64,000 nt of DNA, taken from contig OZ024741.1 in assembly GCA_964016885.1 (NCBI GenBank), positions 53,320,001-53,384,000 on the forward strand. Direction: 5' to 3'. Below, in pieces: positions 1-12,145 of this stretch. The stretch is from Eledone cirrhosa (taxonomy: Eukaryota). Each line of letters begins with the position of its first letter. Position 1 is the stretch's first letter. The translations under genes and the position numbers were made by a program. Under the pieces are notes generated by a model. That model was not told the origin of the DNA and searched no databases. It saw only the letters and a list, made by a program, of their open reading frames with translations.

Positions 1-340
1 GTTTCTATATCTAGCCATTAAAATGTGTCCCAATATAGACCCTAAATTCTATGGTGAGGTGCACCTTCCAAGAGAGACTTTTAAAGCATAAAGTGTACTA
101 ACTATAGAGTAGTTTAACTAAATTATGCTGAAGGTGATCATATTATTATTAAGGTGGATTAACCCATCTTAAGGTGCTACAAATGGAAATTATAGATGAT
201 GAGCGAGTATTCTAAATTAATGATCTATGTGGTTGTAGTCTGCTCATATGACCAGGCGCGGTGATTGCAGGATTGCTTCAGGACCCAATGATCTCTGGTA
301 AGATCTGGGTCATCGCTTGCTACATTGGATGTCGAAAGAT
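1..340 (-). repeat. Inverted copy of 3281-3620 (inverted pLTR arm)
   Basis: Direct reverse-complement match read by eye; identity stops at gtcgaaagat (340/3281). Confidence 0.97.
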
Positions 341-382
341 TAACTGCTCCATATCGTTGAGCTGACATATAATATTGCCAAT

Positions 383-2842
383 ATGCTAATCAAAGACCAA
401 CTCCCCATGTCAACCAAGAACATACCAATACCATCCAGGAATACATATGAGAAATTGCTGATCAACAGTGTAAATTCATTTATCAATAGAGTGAGATGGA
501 GGACATTCCATTATGATAGAAACAAATCTAACAACTTGAATAATACTAACAATTTTGACTCCTTCGGCTTTAAAACCTTTAAAAGCCCCCCTCATAACAC
601 TCTACTTAACTCCTTTGAAAATGACCTAGTTAAACTAGTTAAGAACATTAAATACAATAAGCACCATATTAGAAGCAACACCTTCTTAAACAAACTTAAC
701 ACTTCTATTAGTGGATTCAAAACTAGTAATAAAATTATTGTACACGCAGATAAAACTAATAACATATACAGCCTAGATTATATTACTTATAGAAAGTTTA
801 TATATAATGAACTACATAAAAGCTACAAAAAAACCACCTTGAAAAACTTAGAAGATATTAATGTAGAGGGTTATAATATAGTGTCTAAACTAGGACTACA
901 GAGGCATACACAACCTTTCACTCCGAACCCCCCTAGATTCTCTCTGAAGGACCATAAGGAGAACTTCATCAGCAACCCCACGATAAGACTTATCTGCCCT
1001 TCCAAGTCCGACATTGGTATTATCAGCAAGAAGATTTTGGATAAAATCATCCCACAAATTAAACACAAGATACACCTTAAACAATGGGGAAATACGGGTG
1101 AAGTAATTGAATGGTTTAAGGATATCAAGAATAATAAGAACAAAAAATTTATTCAATTTGATATCAATTCATACTACACCTCTATTTCCCCTATCCTATT
1201 AAATAAGGCACTTATCATGGCCATGACCAATAGCGACCTGACTAGAGCCCAGGTTGATGTCATCCTTGCGGCCCGTAAAACCATAATCACCTTCGAGGAC
1301 CAACTATGGACACGCAAGGATACGCACAACAACTTCGACATAACCATGGGATCTAGTGACTCGGCGCAGGTCACTGATTTGGTCGGCCTATACCTCCTCA
1401 ATGAAATCCATAAATACCTCCCTTACCTCAACGGTGGTTTGTACCGCGATGATGCACTTCTACTCATAGAATATAAAAAATTTAATATAGAAAGAACTAG
1501 AAAACAACTGCATAAGACATTCAAAAACTTTAACCTTAGTATCACCATGGACAAAAACACTAAAAATGTTAACTTCCTAGACGCCACACTATACCTAGAC
1601 TCAAAAATATATACACCTTTCCATAAGCCTAATGAGAAACTTATTTACGTAGATACCAAGTCTAATCACCCTAGATCAATATTAAACTCTATCTCTAAGG
1701 GGGTGTCCAATAGAATCTCTAGTCTGTCCTATGACGCAAACATATTTAGCAAAAACTCACAATATTACAATCAAGCATTAGCTAGCTCGGGCCATAATAT
1801 AGAAATTGAGTTCCTATCTAAGAAAACACATAGCTACAACATAATCTCGCACAACATGTCCATGAGGAAATCTAATAATAGGAATAGCAACCACAAGTAC
1901 ACCAAAGCGGAGGGTGCCACAGGAAGTAACCATTACCATGGAAACTACTGTGAGGCCTTAGGAGGAAGCAACACACCAAACACTAAAAGCAAAAATAGAA
2001 GAAGAAATAATACATTTTTCAACCCTCCCTTCAACCTAAATGTCTCCACCAACATACCTAGGGCTTTCTTCTCACTACTAGATAAAAACTTCCCTCTAGG
2101 ACACAAGTACCACAACCTCTTAAACAAAAACACCATTAAAATCTCATACTCTACGACGCCTAACTTAGCATACCACATAGCTAGCAGCAATAATAGTAAA
2201 ATTAGTTCTTACTTCCAACAAACAAAATCACAACGGGATGCAAACCCTCTAAATACCACTGTAGCAAGCAATAATAGCAACGGCAGTAACAATAGAAATA
2301 ACACTAGTATAAGTAATAACACCAGGGTTGCCAACCCGAACACCCAAAATCCTATATCCACCACACAGACTTCCGCATTGCATTATAACCAGCGGACTAA
2401 CGCACAGAATAATTGTAACTGTAGAGCTAATAGAACCTGCCCTTTAGATAAAAAATGCCTAACCAAGGATGTCATATACTCATGCACAGTCACGACTAAT
2501 AACTCTTCAGAAACCTATGTAGGCTCCACTTCTAACTGCTTCAAAATCAGATATAACTCGCACATCCACTCGTTCAAAAAGCACAGCCTAGCCAACTCCA
2601 CCTCACTTTCTAGCTACATACACTATCTAAAATCTAAAAATAAACCATACACACTCAAATGGGAAGTGATAGGCAGCGCGACCTCGTACAAACCACCTAA
2701 TAAATTCTGTAACCTCTGTATACTAGAGACACACAATATTATCTTCTCCAACCGTAACCTACTTAACAAAAAATCTGAGGTGTTTGCAACTTGCCAGCAC
2801 CGCCTCAGACATTCCTTCCAAAACTTTAAGCCCTATATATAG
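383..2842 (+). CDS. PLE reverse transcriptase / GIY-YIG endonuclease, 819 aa (Naiad-like)
   Basis: Motifs KNIPIP..RVRWR, ADKTNN, LKDHKENF..RLICPSKSDIG, FIQFDI, MGSSDSAQ, GLYRDD, NFLD, NHP; Cys linker CNC-x5-CPL-x3-C; GIY-YIG-like VIY..YVG..FKIRY..H; C-terminal CNLC..E..LLNK. Confidence 0.95.
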   Translation: MLIKDQLPMSTKNIPIPSRNTYEKLLINSVNSFINRVRWRTFHYDRNKSNNLNNTNNFDSFGFKTFKSPPHNTLLNSFENDLVKLVKNIKYNKHHIRSNTFLNKLNTSISGFKTSNKIIVHADKTNNIYSLDYITYRKFIYNELHKSYKKTTLKNLEDINVEGYNIVSKLGLQRHTQPFTPNPPRFSLKDHKENFISNPTIRLICPSKSDIGIISKKILDKIIPQIKHKIHLKQWGNTGEVIEWFKDIKNNKNKKFIQFDINSYYTSISPILLNKALIMAMTNSDLTRAQVDVILAARKTIITFEDQLWTRKDTHNNFDITMGSSDSAQVTDLVGLYLLNEIHKYLPYLNGGLYRDDALLLIEYKKFNIERTRKQLHKTFKNFNLSITMDKNTKNVNFLDATLYLDSKIYTPFHKPNEKLIYVDTKSNHPRSILNSISKGVSNRISSLSYDANIFSKNSQYYNQALASSGHNIEIEFLSKKTHSYNIISHNMSMRKSNNRNSNHKYTKAEGATGSNHYHGNYCEALGGSNTPNTKSKNRRRNNTFFNPPFNLNVSTNIPRAFFSLLDKNFPLGHKYHNLLNKNTIKISYSTTPNLAYHIASSNNSKISSYFQQTKSQRDANPLNTTVASNNSNGSNNRNNTSISNNTRVANPNTQNPISTTQTSALHYNQRTNAQNNCNCRANRTCPLDKKCLTKDVIYSCTVTTNNSSETYVGSTSNCFKIRYNSHIHSFKKHSLANSTSLSSYIHYLKSKNKPYTLKWEVIGSATSYKPPNKFCNLCILETHNIIFSNRNLLNKKSEVFATCQHRLRHSFQNFKPYI

Positions 2843-4285
2843 CAATGTCGGACTGGAACCTAACACCACATCTAGCATCAAACACCAGAGACACACCCTA
2901 TACTACATACCCAACACTAGCTGATCCATTATAACACAAACAACGACATCCCTCTGGAACCCTTCGCAGGGAAAATACCCATTTATACCTCTACGGCAGG
3001 TGAGACAACATCCACCCACTTGGACGGCACTACACCGCTCTAAGGGTAATTTGAGCATGAATTGATCGGTTGGATGGTGTTGGGCAGAGGAAACACCTTC
3101 CTTAGACAGATGTAAAATGATTTAATCGAGTAGCGCTGTTGACCAGTAGGACCGGGCTGCTGAGCGCAGTGAGTGAATGCAATGCAACTGCCGTGCGGGT
3201 TGTACGTATATGGATGATCTGACGGTCAGAGAGGGGTCGCGAGGACTGCGGATTGACCTTTGGCCTGCCTGGGGACGATTATCTTTCGACATCCAATGTA
3301 GCAAGCGATGACCCAGATCTTACCAGAGATCATTGGGTCCTGAAGCAATCCTGCAATCACCGCGCCTGGTCATATGAGCAGACTACAACCACATAGATCA
3401 TTAATTTAGAATACTCGCTCATCATCTATAATTTCCATTTGTAGCACCTTAAGATGGGTTAATCCACCTTAATAATAATATGATCACCTTCAGCATAATT
3501 TAGTTAAACTACTCTATAGTTAGTACACTTTATGCTTTAAAAGTCTCTCTTGGAAGGTGCACCTCACCATAGAATTTAGGGTCTATATTGGGACACATTT
3601 TAATGGCTAGATATAGAAACCCCAGAGTTACCTCCCCGCATGCATTAACTCCCCTTAGCCACACACACACTTCCGGTATTCAATGGCGTTTCTCGAAACG
3701 TAACAACCACCTGTATCGAACTAAAGAACACCAGACTACGATCTCTAACTGGATTGTCGTCGATTATGTGAAAGGCATATAATCGAAATATACACTCCCT
3801 TGACCATGAAAATGCCGAAGTACATGAATTTCTTGACATCCCTGCGCTGTGCATCTCCAATACTTATAACACTTTTAATGCTTGCACTATCTTTAATGCT
3901 TATAATATTTCTCCACACACAGACTATATCAATCATATAAAGACTTTGCCACCAGATCTACCAACCTAACACTCTTATTTACCTACCTAAGTGCCTCTAC
4001 CACACATATCTCTCTGCCACACTATATAAACAAGACGCACATGCGTGCCATACATATAACATTTGCACTATATAACCACTTATCTTCATGTTGTACTTTA
4101 ACCTATATCTTTGATTTTTGATTGTACCTATTAATATAAATGTAATCTCGAAGTGTGTACTGCCACTCTAAATTCTGTAATGAATGTTGACCCACAATGT
4201 TTGAATATGTATCAATGTTTGAATATGTATTGGTATGTCTCTCGGCTGAAAAGGAGGTCATATAACTGTCCATGCATTAATAAAT

Positions 4286-4332
4286 TGCTCCGAAGAATCC
4301 AAACCTCGGTTTGGAAGAAACAGCTGTAAGCA
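4286..4332 (+). ncRNA. Type I hammerhead ribozyme variant (core CCGAAGA)
   Basis: tgct-CCGAAGA-a-tccaaac(ctcg)gtttgga-a-GAAA-cagctg-TA-agca. Palindromic stem III; U4C change and an A.A pair at the base of stem II. Confidence 0.7.
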
Positions 4333-4533
4333 CAATAATGTTTTGAACAGTTCTTTGATTCTTATATTTCATATAACTGCTCTGTAAATCATCTGATGTT
4401 TTTACATTGAGCTACTTAACTTACTGGTAATAAGGTAGTAATACATTACTGCCTACCACTATTTAGGGTGTGTGTAAAATACTTACAACTGCTTAAGGTT
4501 TTGTGTTTACATAACCATAAATAGTATAACTAA

Positions 4534-4595
<62 letters not shown>

Positions 4596-4806
4596 TTGTA
4601 TGTATATAAGAAAAGCGATTAAGTTCAATTTACTAGTATTTATGCTATATTCTGAATTGACCTATTACGCGAGTATCACAGATGCTTGGCTCAAGTCCAC
4701 CAATAGAAGTTATAGACCCGATCCTAGCATCGAAAGGTGATTCAACAAAATTAAAGTGTTTTTAATTATATAAGTATTTGAGTGTGTAATCATGCCTATT
4801 TGTATG

Positions 4807-4845
<39 letters not shown>

Positions 4846-4847
<2 letters not shown>

Positions 4848-5370
4848 ACCATGGCGACAGCGACAGCTTCAGTATATTTGTACATTGTAATTATATGTAT
4901 TGTTAAGAATTCCGTTGTTTCCCATTTTCTTATATATATGTTTCTATGGCTACGTTCAAAAACATAATTGTTCAGATGATCGGCCTCTAATTTGATATCT
5001 GCTCCTCCATCTCCCTCTATGAATATATATATATATAGTGTGGGTGTAATTTATGCTCACACAACACACACGCCCGAGGATTGTATATATTTATATATAT
5101 AAGTCTAATGTCTATCTCAAGCCACCATCAGGCCAGTGCTTATCCCGGTTTCCATGGCGTCAACCGACTGAGAGTATATATATATATCCCATGTACATCA
5201 ATATATATATATATATGCGATATTTTCATGTGTACGTCTCTATTTATAAAACAAACTTTGTATTTTATCTGATGAAAGCGTACCAATGTTGTCTTGGTAC
5301 CCTTGAAATATATATAATAAAATAAATATGGTTTTATAAATATAGTTTCCATTTATTTAATATCATTGTC

Positions 5371-5410
<40 letters not shown>

Positions 5411-5722
5411 TGTGTGAGTGTGTGAGTGAGTGTGCATATGTATGTATATGCGTATGTCTATGCGTTTATGCCTGTGTATTTAATTGTGAATGTATGTGCG
5501 TGCGTGCGTGTGTGCTGTGTAGTATGAATTACATACACTATATATATATTCATAGAGGTAGATAGAGAAGCAGACATTAAATTAGAGGCCGATTGTAGCA
5601 ATTATGTTTTTGCACGTTGCCATAGAAACAAGTATATATAAAATGGGAAACAACAGAATTCTTAACAACACATATAATTACAATGTACAAATATAGTGAA
5701 GCTGTCTCGGTCGCCATCGTTG
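4846..5722. repeat. Diverged inverted duplication (4846-5073 vs ~5506-5722)
   Basis: Reverse-complement similarity with scattered mismatches. The spacer holds an HHR-bearing fragment and TA/TG repeats. Confidence 0.85.
5263..5322 (+). ncRNA. Type I hammerhead ribozyme (GTAC-stem family)
   Basis: ttttat-CTGATGA-aagcgtaccaa..ttggtaccctt-GAAA-tatata-TA-ataaaa. Confidence 0.85.
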
Positions 5723-5841
5723 TAACAGCTGTGTATATGTAAATAACTGTATTGTTATTTAAATACAGCAGTTCTACTGATACACATCCACACAATAAGT
5801 ATTCACATACAGCCCACTCGCAAACACACACATATATATAT

Positions 5842-5895
5842 GTGGTGCCCCAACATGGCCTCAGCCGGATGGCTGGAACAGGTAAAAGAGTAAAA

Positions 5896-5899
<4 letters not shown>
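5842..5899 (+). mobile_element. Isolated LINE/SINE 3' tail
   Basis: gtggtgccccaacatggcctcagccggatggctggaacaggtaaaagagtaaaaga. The same tail occurs at 24430-24483 (-) and ends the LINE relic at 37745-37800. Confidence 0.7.
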
Positions 5900-5941
<42 letters not shown>

Positions 5942-5946
5942 ATATA

Positions 5947-6145
5947 CAGAGAAGTTGTGGTAAGAAACCAGGTGGACCATAACGCACCAGAGTACTTGAT
6001 ACTTAGGGTAGTAGAGTGGGTAATAGGAAAAGAGTCAGGACCCCAACGGCTGAGCCCCGTCCGGTTCGACAGCTAGATCCAAAATGGGATGTAGCTGTTG
6101 AAACGGCTGGAGCTCCAGCCGTCGGGGTCCTGACTCTTTTCCTAT
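5947..6145. mobile_element. Short foldback PLE-type derivative in (TA)n (family D)
   Basis: IR 6023-6052 / 6116-6145 plus a ~76-nt one-sided extension. Related copies with the same ends at 18595-18732 and 48108-48237. Confidence 0.75.
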
Positions 6146-6171
6146 ATATATGTATATATATATATATATAA

Positions 6172-6253
<82 letters not shown>

Positions 6254-6339
6254 ATGTGTGTGTGTGTTAGTGTGGCAATATTTGTAGGTGTAAAAGAGAA
6301 AGAGGAAAACAGTACTCAGTCGGTCAAAGAGCAGAAATA

Positions 6340-6612
6340 TATTATTTATTTATGTTCATACACTGAACAAACGCGGTCAAATTTGTATCAACTATATATA
6401 CTTGATAGCGTAACCAATAAATACCGAAAGGCCAAATCTAACACCTATAACATGATTAATGACTAGACCAATGATATTGCCGCTTAGCGGAATGTGATGC
6501 CTTCAATTACCCTGGAGGATCACAAACATGATTTCACTAACAAGCTTACTTGTAGATTGATAAATCCTTCAAGCACAGAGTTAGGACTAGGTAGTAGACA
6601 AATTTTAGATTA
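6340..6612 (+). pseudogene. Naiad-type PLE RT fragment
   Basis: Manual translation ITLEDHKHDFTNKLTCRLINPSSTELGLGSRQILD matches the LKDHKENF..RLICPSKSDIG..ILD block of the 819-aa ORF. Upstream reads NLYQL..TNKYRKA. Confidence 0.8.
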
Positions 6613-7108
6613 CATCAATACTTGTCTTATTTAAAACACCAATCTGTATTAAAACACCAGTCTGTGATGTAAAGTGTTTTACCTTGTTAGTTCTACTGTG
6701 TAGAATTAGCAATGCCATGCTGGATCTTTTTGGACGTATGTAATATTCGGCAACAGGTAAATATATCGTTTTTCTTATAGTAGGAAACACAACCCTTTCT
6801 GAAGATCGGCAAATTCTGGTGGAAAGAGCTATCTTAATTAATTAACTATTTAATTGGGAGGGTCAATTCTGTTCTTTTGTTCATGAAACTGCAGTAACGG
6901 GAACATTTGTTGAGCCCTCTCATTTTAGGTCACTTGAAAAAAGGAATCTACTCATAGAGTTAGATGCTTGTGAAGATTCTTTATTTTAAAGTACTTTACT
7001 GCGATCTTCCGTTTGGTTAGTTTGCGCTTTATTTAAGATATTTCTATATTTATATTTACAAGCTTCTCTAAATGTCATTCGAAGCAATCTAATTTATTGA
7101 GAAGTAAA

Positions 7109-7158
<50 letters not shown>

Positions 7159-7160
<2 letters not shown>

Positions 7161-7585
7161 CCAAAGATTAATATGGTTCATTGATTACTCAATGAATATA
7201 GTTTTACAATAGATTAAAAGCACTCTACAAGAAGTTTTCTGGAGTTATTAATATTATTCAGAATATTAATAAATGAAGACATTCACATAATCAAAATATG
7301 TTTTATTATATATATTTCGAAGGTACTGTGTTGTTTTTTCAGTACGTCCTCGTCAGATAAAATACATGAATTGATGTATGACATACCTCAACGGTCTTGA
7401 TGGTTCAATTCCAGTATTGACAGTTGAACCATCAAGACCGTTGAGGCATGTCATACATCAATTCATGTATTTTATCTGACGAGGGCGTACTGAAAAAACA
7501 ACACAGTACCTTCGAAATATATATAAATATATATAATAAAACATATATTTTGATTATGTGAATGTCTTCATTTATTAATATTCTG

Positions 7586-7593
<8 letters not shown>
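7159..7593. mobile_element. HHR-bearing foldback element in (TA)n
   Basis: Near-perfect IR 7251-7408 / 7424-7593; ~92-nt left-only extension; TA repeats on both sides. Confidence 0.9.
7301..7362 (-). ncRNA. Type I hammerhead ribozyme (mirror copy at ~7470-7541 on +)
   Basis: ttttat-CTGACGA-ggacgtactg..cagtaccttc-GAAA-tatata-TA-ataaaa. The + copy has a small duplication near the cleavage site. Confidence 0.88.
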
Positions 7594-7634
<41 letters not shown>

Positions 7635-8039
7635 TATAAGTTGAAAATGAACGAACAAATCACAGGAGGCAATTGTACAGTTATATTAGTTTCATATATA
7701 TATATGTGTGTGTGTGTCTTTGTGTGCATCATATGTACATTACGCATACACACGCTCGCATATATAAATCGTGTGTGAGAGAGAGAGAATATGTTCAACA
7801 CAACGTATGTATTGCTCCAGAATGACACTGAAACTTCCTACCCTACGTGTTCCTTCCACTGGCTTCATTTATCTGTCTTCTTTCGAATCAGGAAGTTTCC
7901 TGTCATTCTGCTTCATTGGATATCACATTGACAAGACTTTCTCTAACCAACCAACATTCTATCAACCCAATCTGGTTGGCGTACTGCAAGGTTTACTTAA
8001 GTCACCCGCACTCTTACTTCCACTTCTGTATCAACAGCC

Positions 8040-8684
8040 ATTATTGCTGTTGTTGCTGTTATGGACTTTGCTATTATTTTGACCTTACAGTTTTGTTGTT
8101 GCTGTTGTTTGACTGTTGTTGTTGTTTTGACTGTTGCTATTATTGTTGTTGTTATTGTTGTTGTCACTGTTGTTGTTATTGTTGTTGTTGTTGTTGTTGT
8201 TATTGTTACTGTTGTTATTATTGTTGATGTTACTGTTGTTGTTATTGTAGTTATTACAGTTGTTCCGGCTCTTTACTTTCGGAGTTCAAATCCCGCCAAG
8301 GTCAACTGTACCTTCCATCCTTCCGTGGCTGATGAAGTAAAGTACCAGTAGACAACTGGGGTTTAAATAATGGACTTTCTCCTTCTCCCGAATTGTTGGC
8401 TTTGTGTCTAGAAATTGCTAGTACAACTATTGTTGTTACTGTTGCTGTTAGTATTACTATCGTTGTTATTACTGTTGTTGTTATTACAGCTGTTGTCACT
8501 GGTTTTCTTGTCACTACTGTTGTTACTGTGGTGATTGGTGTTGTTACTGTTGCTGTTGGCATTACTGTTGTCGTTACTGTCGTTGTTATTACTGCTGCTG
8601 TTATTGGTTTTGTTGTCACTACTGTCGCTGCTGCTATTGCTGCTGTTGTTATTGTTGTTGGTGGTGGTGCTGCTGCTGCTTTTG

Positions 8685-8732
<48 letters not shown>

Positions 8733-9040
8733 TTGCTGTTGGTGCTGCTGCTGCAGTTGTTGCTGCTACTACTGCTGCTGTTGTTGATCTTGGTGCTGCT
8801 GTTGTTGCTGCTGTTGCTACTGCTGTTGTTGTTGTTGTTATTGTTGTTGTTGTATCTGTTTAGGTATTGTTATCGTTGTTGTAATTGTTGCTATTGCTAT
8901 GAGATGTTGCTGCTCTAGTTGTTTTTCCCGTTGTTGTTTTTGTTTCGGTGGTCGTTATTATTGTTGTTGTTGATGATGATGTAATGTTATCTTCTGTTGC
9001 TGATTATGTTGATGATGCTGTTGTTGTTGTTGTTGTTATA
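8040..9040. repeat. Degenerate (GTT/GCT/ACT)n trinucleotide tract
   Basis: Low-complexity triplets giving poly-V, poly-L and poly-C pseudo-ORFs. Confidence 0.95.
8265..8416 (+). mobile_element. SINE fragment with Meta-like central domain
   Basis: gagttcaaatcccgccaaggtcaac..ccttccatccttcc..agtaccagt; box-B-like GAGTTCAAAT; many related copies in the window. Confidence 0.75.
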
Positions 9041-9545
9041 ACATATCGATCACACAAATATATCCGACAAGGAACAACAGGAAACATTACCAAATCGCAA
9101 AAAAGAATGGTATGGGGTGGGGGTCGGGATGGTGGTGGTGGTAGGTGACACATATCCACCCTTTACCAATATTTATGTTTTTTATATTGGTTTTCTTCAT
9201 TTTCAGGAACCCACATTTCACTCATCATTTCCACATGAAAAGAAAAGAAGAGAAAAGAAAAAAGAAATATAACTAAACTTACCCCCCCCCCCCCATCTGC
9301 CCCGCCAAAAAAAAAAAAAATTTCTTCACCTTGATTGAAGAAGAAAACAAAATAACTTTCTTCTCTTTCTTCTTTTAACACATCCAATCAGAGAGGGTGA
9401 TTGGCAATGTGGTGTAGAGAGTACAAACCCATTACATTATAGATAGCGGGGAGGTTACGGTGGTGTTGTTTGGTGTTCATTATCCACTCTTCAGTATATC
9501 ATTCCAGTGAGGGATTTTTGATACATCCGTTAAAACATCGGCTGC

Positions 9546-10565
9546 ATGTGTTTGTGTGTAGGAGTTTGTCTTCAGTATGTATGTGTTTGTGTGTAGGAGT
9601 TTGTCTTCAGTATGTATGTGTTTGTGTGGGGGTTTGTCTTCAGTATGTATGTGTTTGTGTGGGGGTTTGTCTTCAGTATGTATGTGTTTGTGTGTAGGAG
9701 TTTGTCTTCAGTATGTATGTGTTTGTGTGGGGGTTTGTCTTCAGTATGTATGTGTTTGTGTGTAGGAGTTTGTCTTCAGTATGTATGTGTTTGTGTGTAG
9801 GAGTTTGTCTTCAGTATGTATGTGTTTGTGTGGGGGTTTGTCTTCAGTATGTATGTGTTTGTGTGTAGGAGTTTGTCTTCAGTATGTATGTGTTTGTGTG
9901 TAGGAGTTTGTCTTCAGTATGTATGTGGTTGTGTGTAGGAGTTTGTCTTCAGTATGTATGTGGTTGTGTGTAGGAGTTTGTCTTCAGTATGTATGTGTTT
10001 GTGTGTAGGAGTTTGTCTTCAGTATGTATGTGGTTGTGTGTAGGAGTTTGTCTTCAGTATGTATGTGTTTGTGTGTAGGAGTTTGTCTTCAGTATGTATG
10101 TGGTTGTGTGTAGGAGTTTGTCTTCAGTATGTATGTGTTTGTGTGTAGGAGTTTGTCTTCAGTATGTATGTGGTTGTGTGTAGGAGTTTGTCTTCAGTAT
10201 GTATGTGTTTGTGTGTAGGAGTTTGTCTTCAGTATGTATGTGTTTGTGTGTAGGAGTTTGTCTTCAGTATGTATGTGTTTGTGTGTAGGAGTTTGTCTTC
10301 AGTATGTATGTGTTTGTGTGTAGGAGTTTGTCTTCAGTATGTATGTGGTTGTGTGTAGGAGTTTGTCTTCAGTATGTATGTGTTTGTGTGGGAGTTTGTC
10401 TTCAGTTTGTATGTGTTTGTGTGCGAGTTTGTCTTCAGTATGTATGTGTTTGTGTATAGGAGTTTGTCTTCAGTATGTATGTGTTTGTGTGTAGGAGTTT
10501 GTCTTCAGTATGTATGTGGTTGTGTGTAGGAGTTTGCCTTCAGTATGTATGTGGTTGTGTGTGTT
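9546..10565. repeat. 35-bp minisatellite, about 29 copies
   Basis: Unit gtgtgtaggagtttgtcttcagtatgtatgtgttt with 33-bp variants; no spacers. Confidence 0.97.
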
Positions 10566-11460
10566 TGAGTGTGTGTGTGTTTGTGTATTTGTGTGTGCGT
10601 GTGTGTGTTTGTGTGTTTGAGTGTTTGTGAGTGTTTGAGTGTTTTTGTGTGTGTGTGTGTGAGAGTGTTTGAGTGTTTGTGTGCATTTGTGTGTGTTTAT
10701 GTGTGTTTCTGTGTGTTTGAGTGTGTGTGTGCGTGTGTGTTTGTGTGTGTCTGAGTGTGTTTGAGTGTGTTTCTGTGTGTTTCTGTGTGTTTGTGTGTGT
10801 GTGTGTGTGTGTTTTGTGTGTTTCTGTGTGTTTGAGTGTTTATGTGTGTTTGTGTGTGTTTCAGTGTTTGAATGTGTGTGTGTGTTTGTGTGTGTTTGAG
10901 TGTGTTTGTGTGTGTTTGAGTGTTTGTGTCTGTTTGAGTGTGTGTGTGTTTGTGTGTGTCTGAGTGTGTTTAAGTATGTGTGTGTGTTTCTGTGTGTTTG
11001 AGTGTTTGTGTGTGTTTGTGTGTTTTTGAGTGTGTTTCAGTGTGTTTCAGTGTTTTAGAGTGTGTGTGTGTTTGTGTGTGTTTGTGTGAGTCTGTGTGTT
11101 TCTGTGAGTCTGCATGTGTCTACTTGTCTGTCTATGTTTGGTACTGTGTGCACACGAGTCTCTCGGTGTAGGTTTCTGTGTATGATTTTGTGCGTGCGTC
11201 TACTTGTACGCATGTGTTTGATTGTATGCGTGCGCGCACGTGTCTGTATGTCTGTTTGTGTGGGCTTGTTTATGCGTGTGTATGTGTGTGTGTGAGTGTG
11301 TGCGAGTGTTTTTGTGCTTGATTGTGTTTCTTCGTGCGTATGTGTTTGGATTATGTCTGTGGATATTACTAGTAAATACCCGTGTGTGGTTGTGTGTGTT
11401 TGTGTGTATGTGTACATATGTGTGTATGTGTGCATATGTGTGTGCATATGTGTGTATGTG
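10566..11460. repeat. Degenerate (GT)n tract
   Basis: GT-rich low-complexity sequence. Confidence 0.9.
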
Positions 11461-11949
11461 AACCCCTGTCTACTTTCTGCGTAGTTACTAAAATAATAGT
11501 GCACTTAGATCAATAAGAAAGGTTACGTGTATTAAAAATAATTTTCCGTGCCTTTCTACACCAATTCGTTTCTGTAAAGCTGATTATTTTCCTTCAACAT
11601 GCAAAGTGGGGAGGTGAATGGATATGAGGTTGTGTAATTTGTGATGTTGTTTACTAAGTAGTTATAAAAATTTACTTTACTGCATAGTCAGGAAGGATTA
11701 TGCAGCGCATATGACGTTATATGTATAATCAGGAGCTCCGAGACTGGTGGGAAGATGGAAGGAAGTTATCTTAAAATGTTGTTCGAATTCCTGCAACGGA
11801 GTGAACTCTGCTAAAGTTTTCAAAGTATAGAAGTGTGAAACAGGTCGACATATACAGTCCCTCACGCAAAAGAACTTAGGGCAATAAAGATTGCAAGGGG
11901 ACTCATTCGACGCTCTGAAAATTTCAGAAATCCAATTTTAAATTGGTAA

Positions 11950-12145
11950 AGGAAGAACGTGAAGGGAAGGGGATGGCAAGAGCTCTGGTGTCTCAGAAGA
12001 GAGGGGAGGACTGAATGGGGGGGGGGGGCACAAGACGGACAAGACGGCAAAAGCATTCCCGCGGACGATGGCAAGTGACACCCGCTGCAACAGACAAGCA
12101 GCCTGATGAGGCTCCCTCCTCAGACGGGCCGCAGACGTTCCGATC
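11950..12145 (-). mobile_element. 3' end of CRE-like (RLE) non-LTR retrotransposon inserted in a SINE
   Basis: Translation LLQRVSLAIVRGNAFAVL fits the QRxSxAIxRGNA C-terminal motif. Flanked by ttggtaa at 11943-11949 and 12146-12152; SINE body at ~12146-12235. Confidence 0.75.

Larger units (their letters stand above)
1..4537 (+). mobile_element. Young Penelope-like retroelement (Naiad-type) with inverted 5' arm; left end lies outside the window
   Basis: Intact RT+GIY-YIG ORF. 1-340 is the reverse complement of 3281-3620 with no mismatch seen. A ~1.7 kb 3' region carries an HHR-like motif and ends in (TA)n at ~4537. Confidence 0.92.

Noticed and set aside
871-2190. Antisense ORFs over the PLE ORF (also those over 26-29 kb)
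   Set aside because: Shadow frames caused by the strong A/C strand bias; no recognisable motifs.
6613-7108. Coding-looking minus-strand segment next to the Naiad fragment
   Set aside because: Multiple stops and no recognisable motif.
9546-10565. CRISPR-like array of 35-bp repeats (also the 55-bp array at 44647-44894)
   Set aside because: Repeats are contiguous with no unique spacers, there are no cas genes, and the context is eukaryotic.
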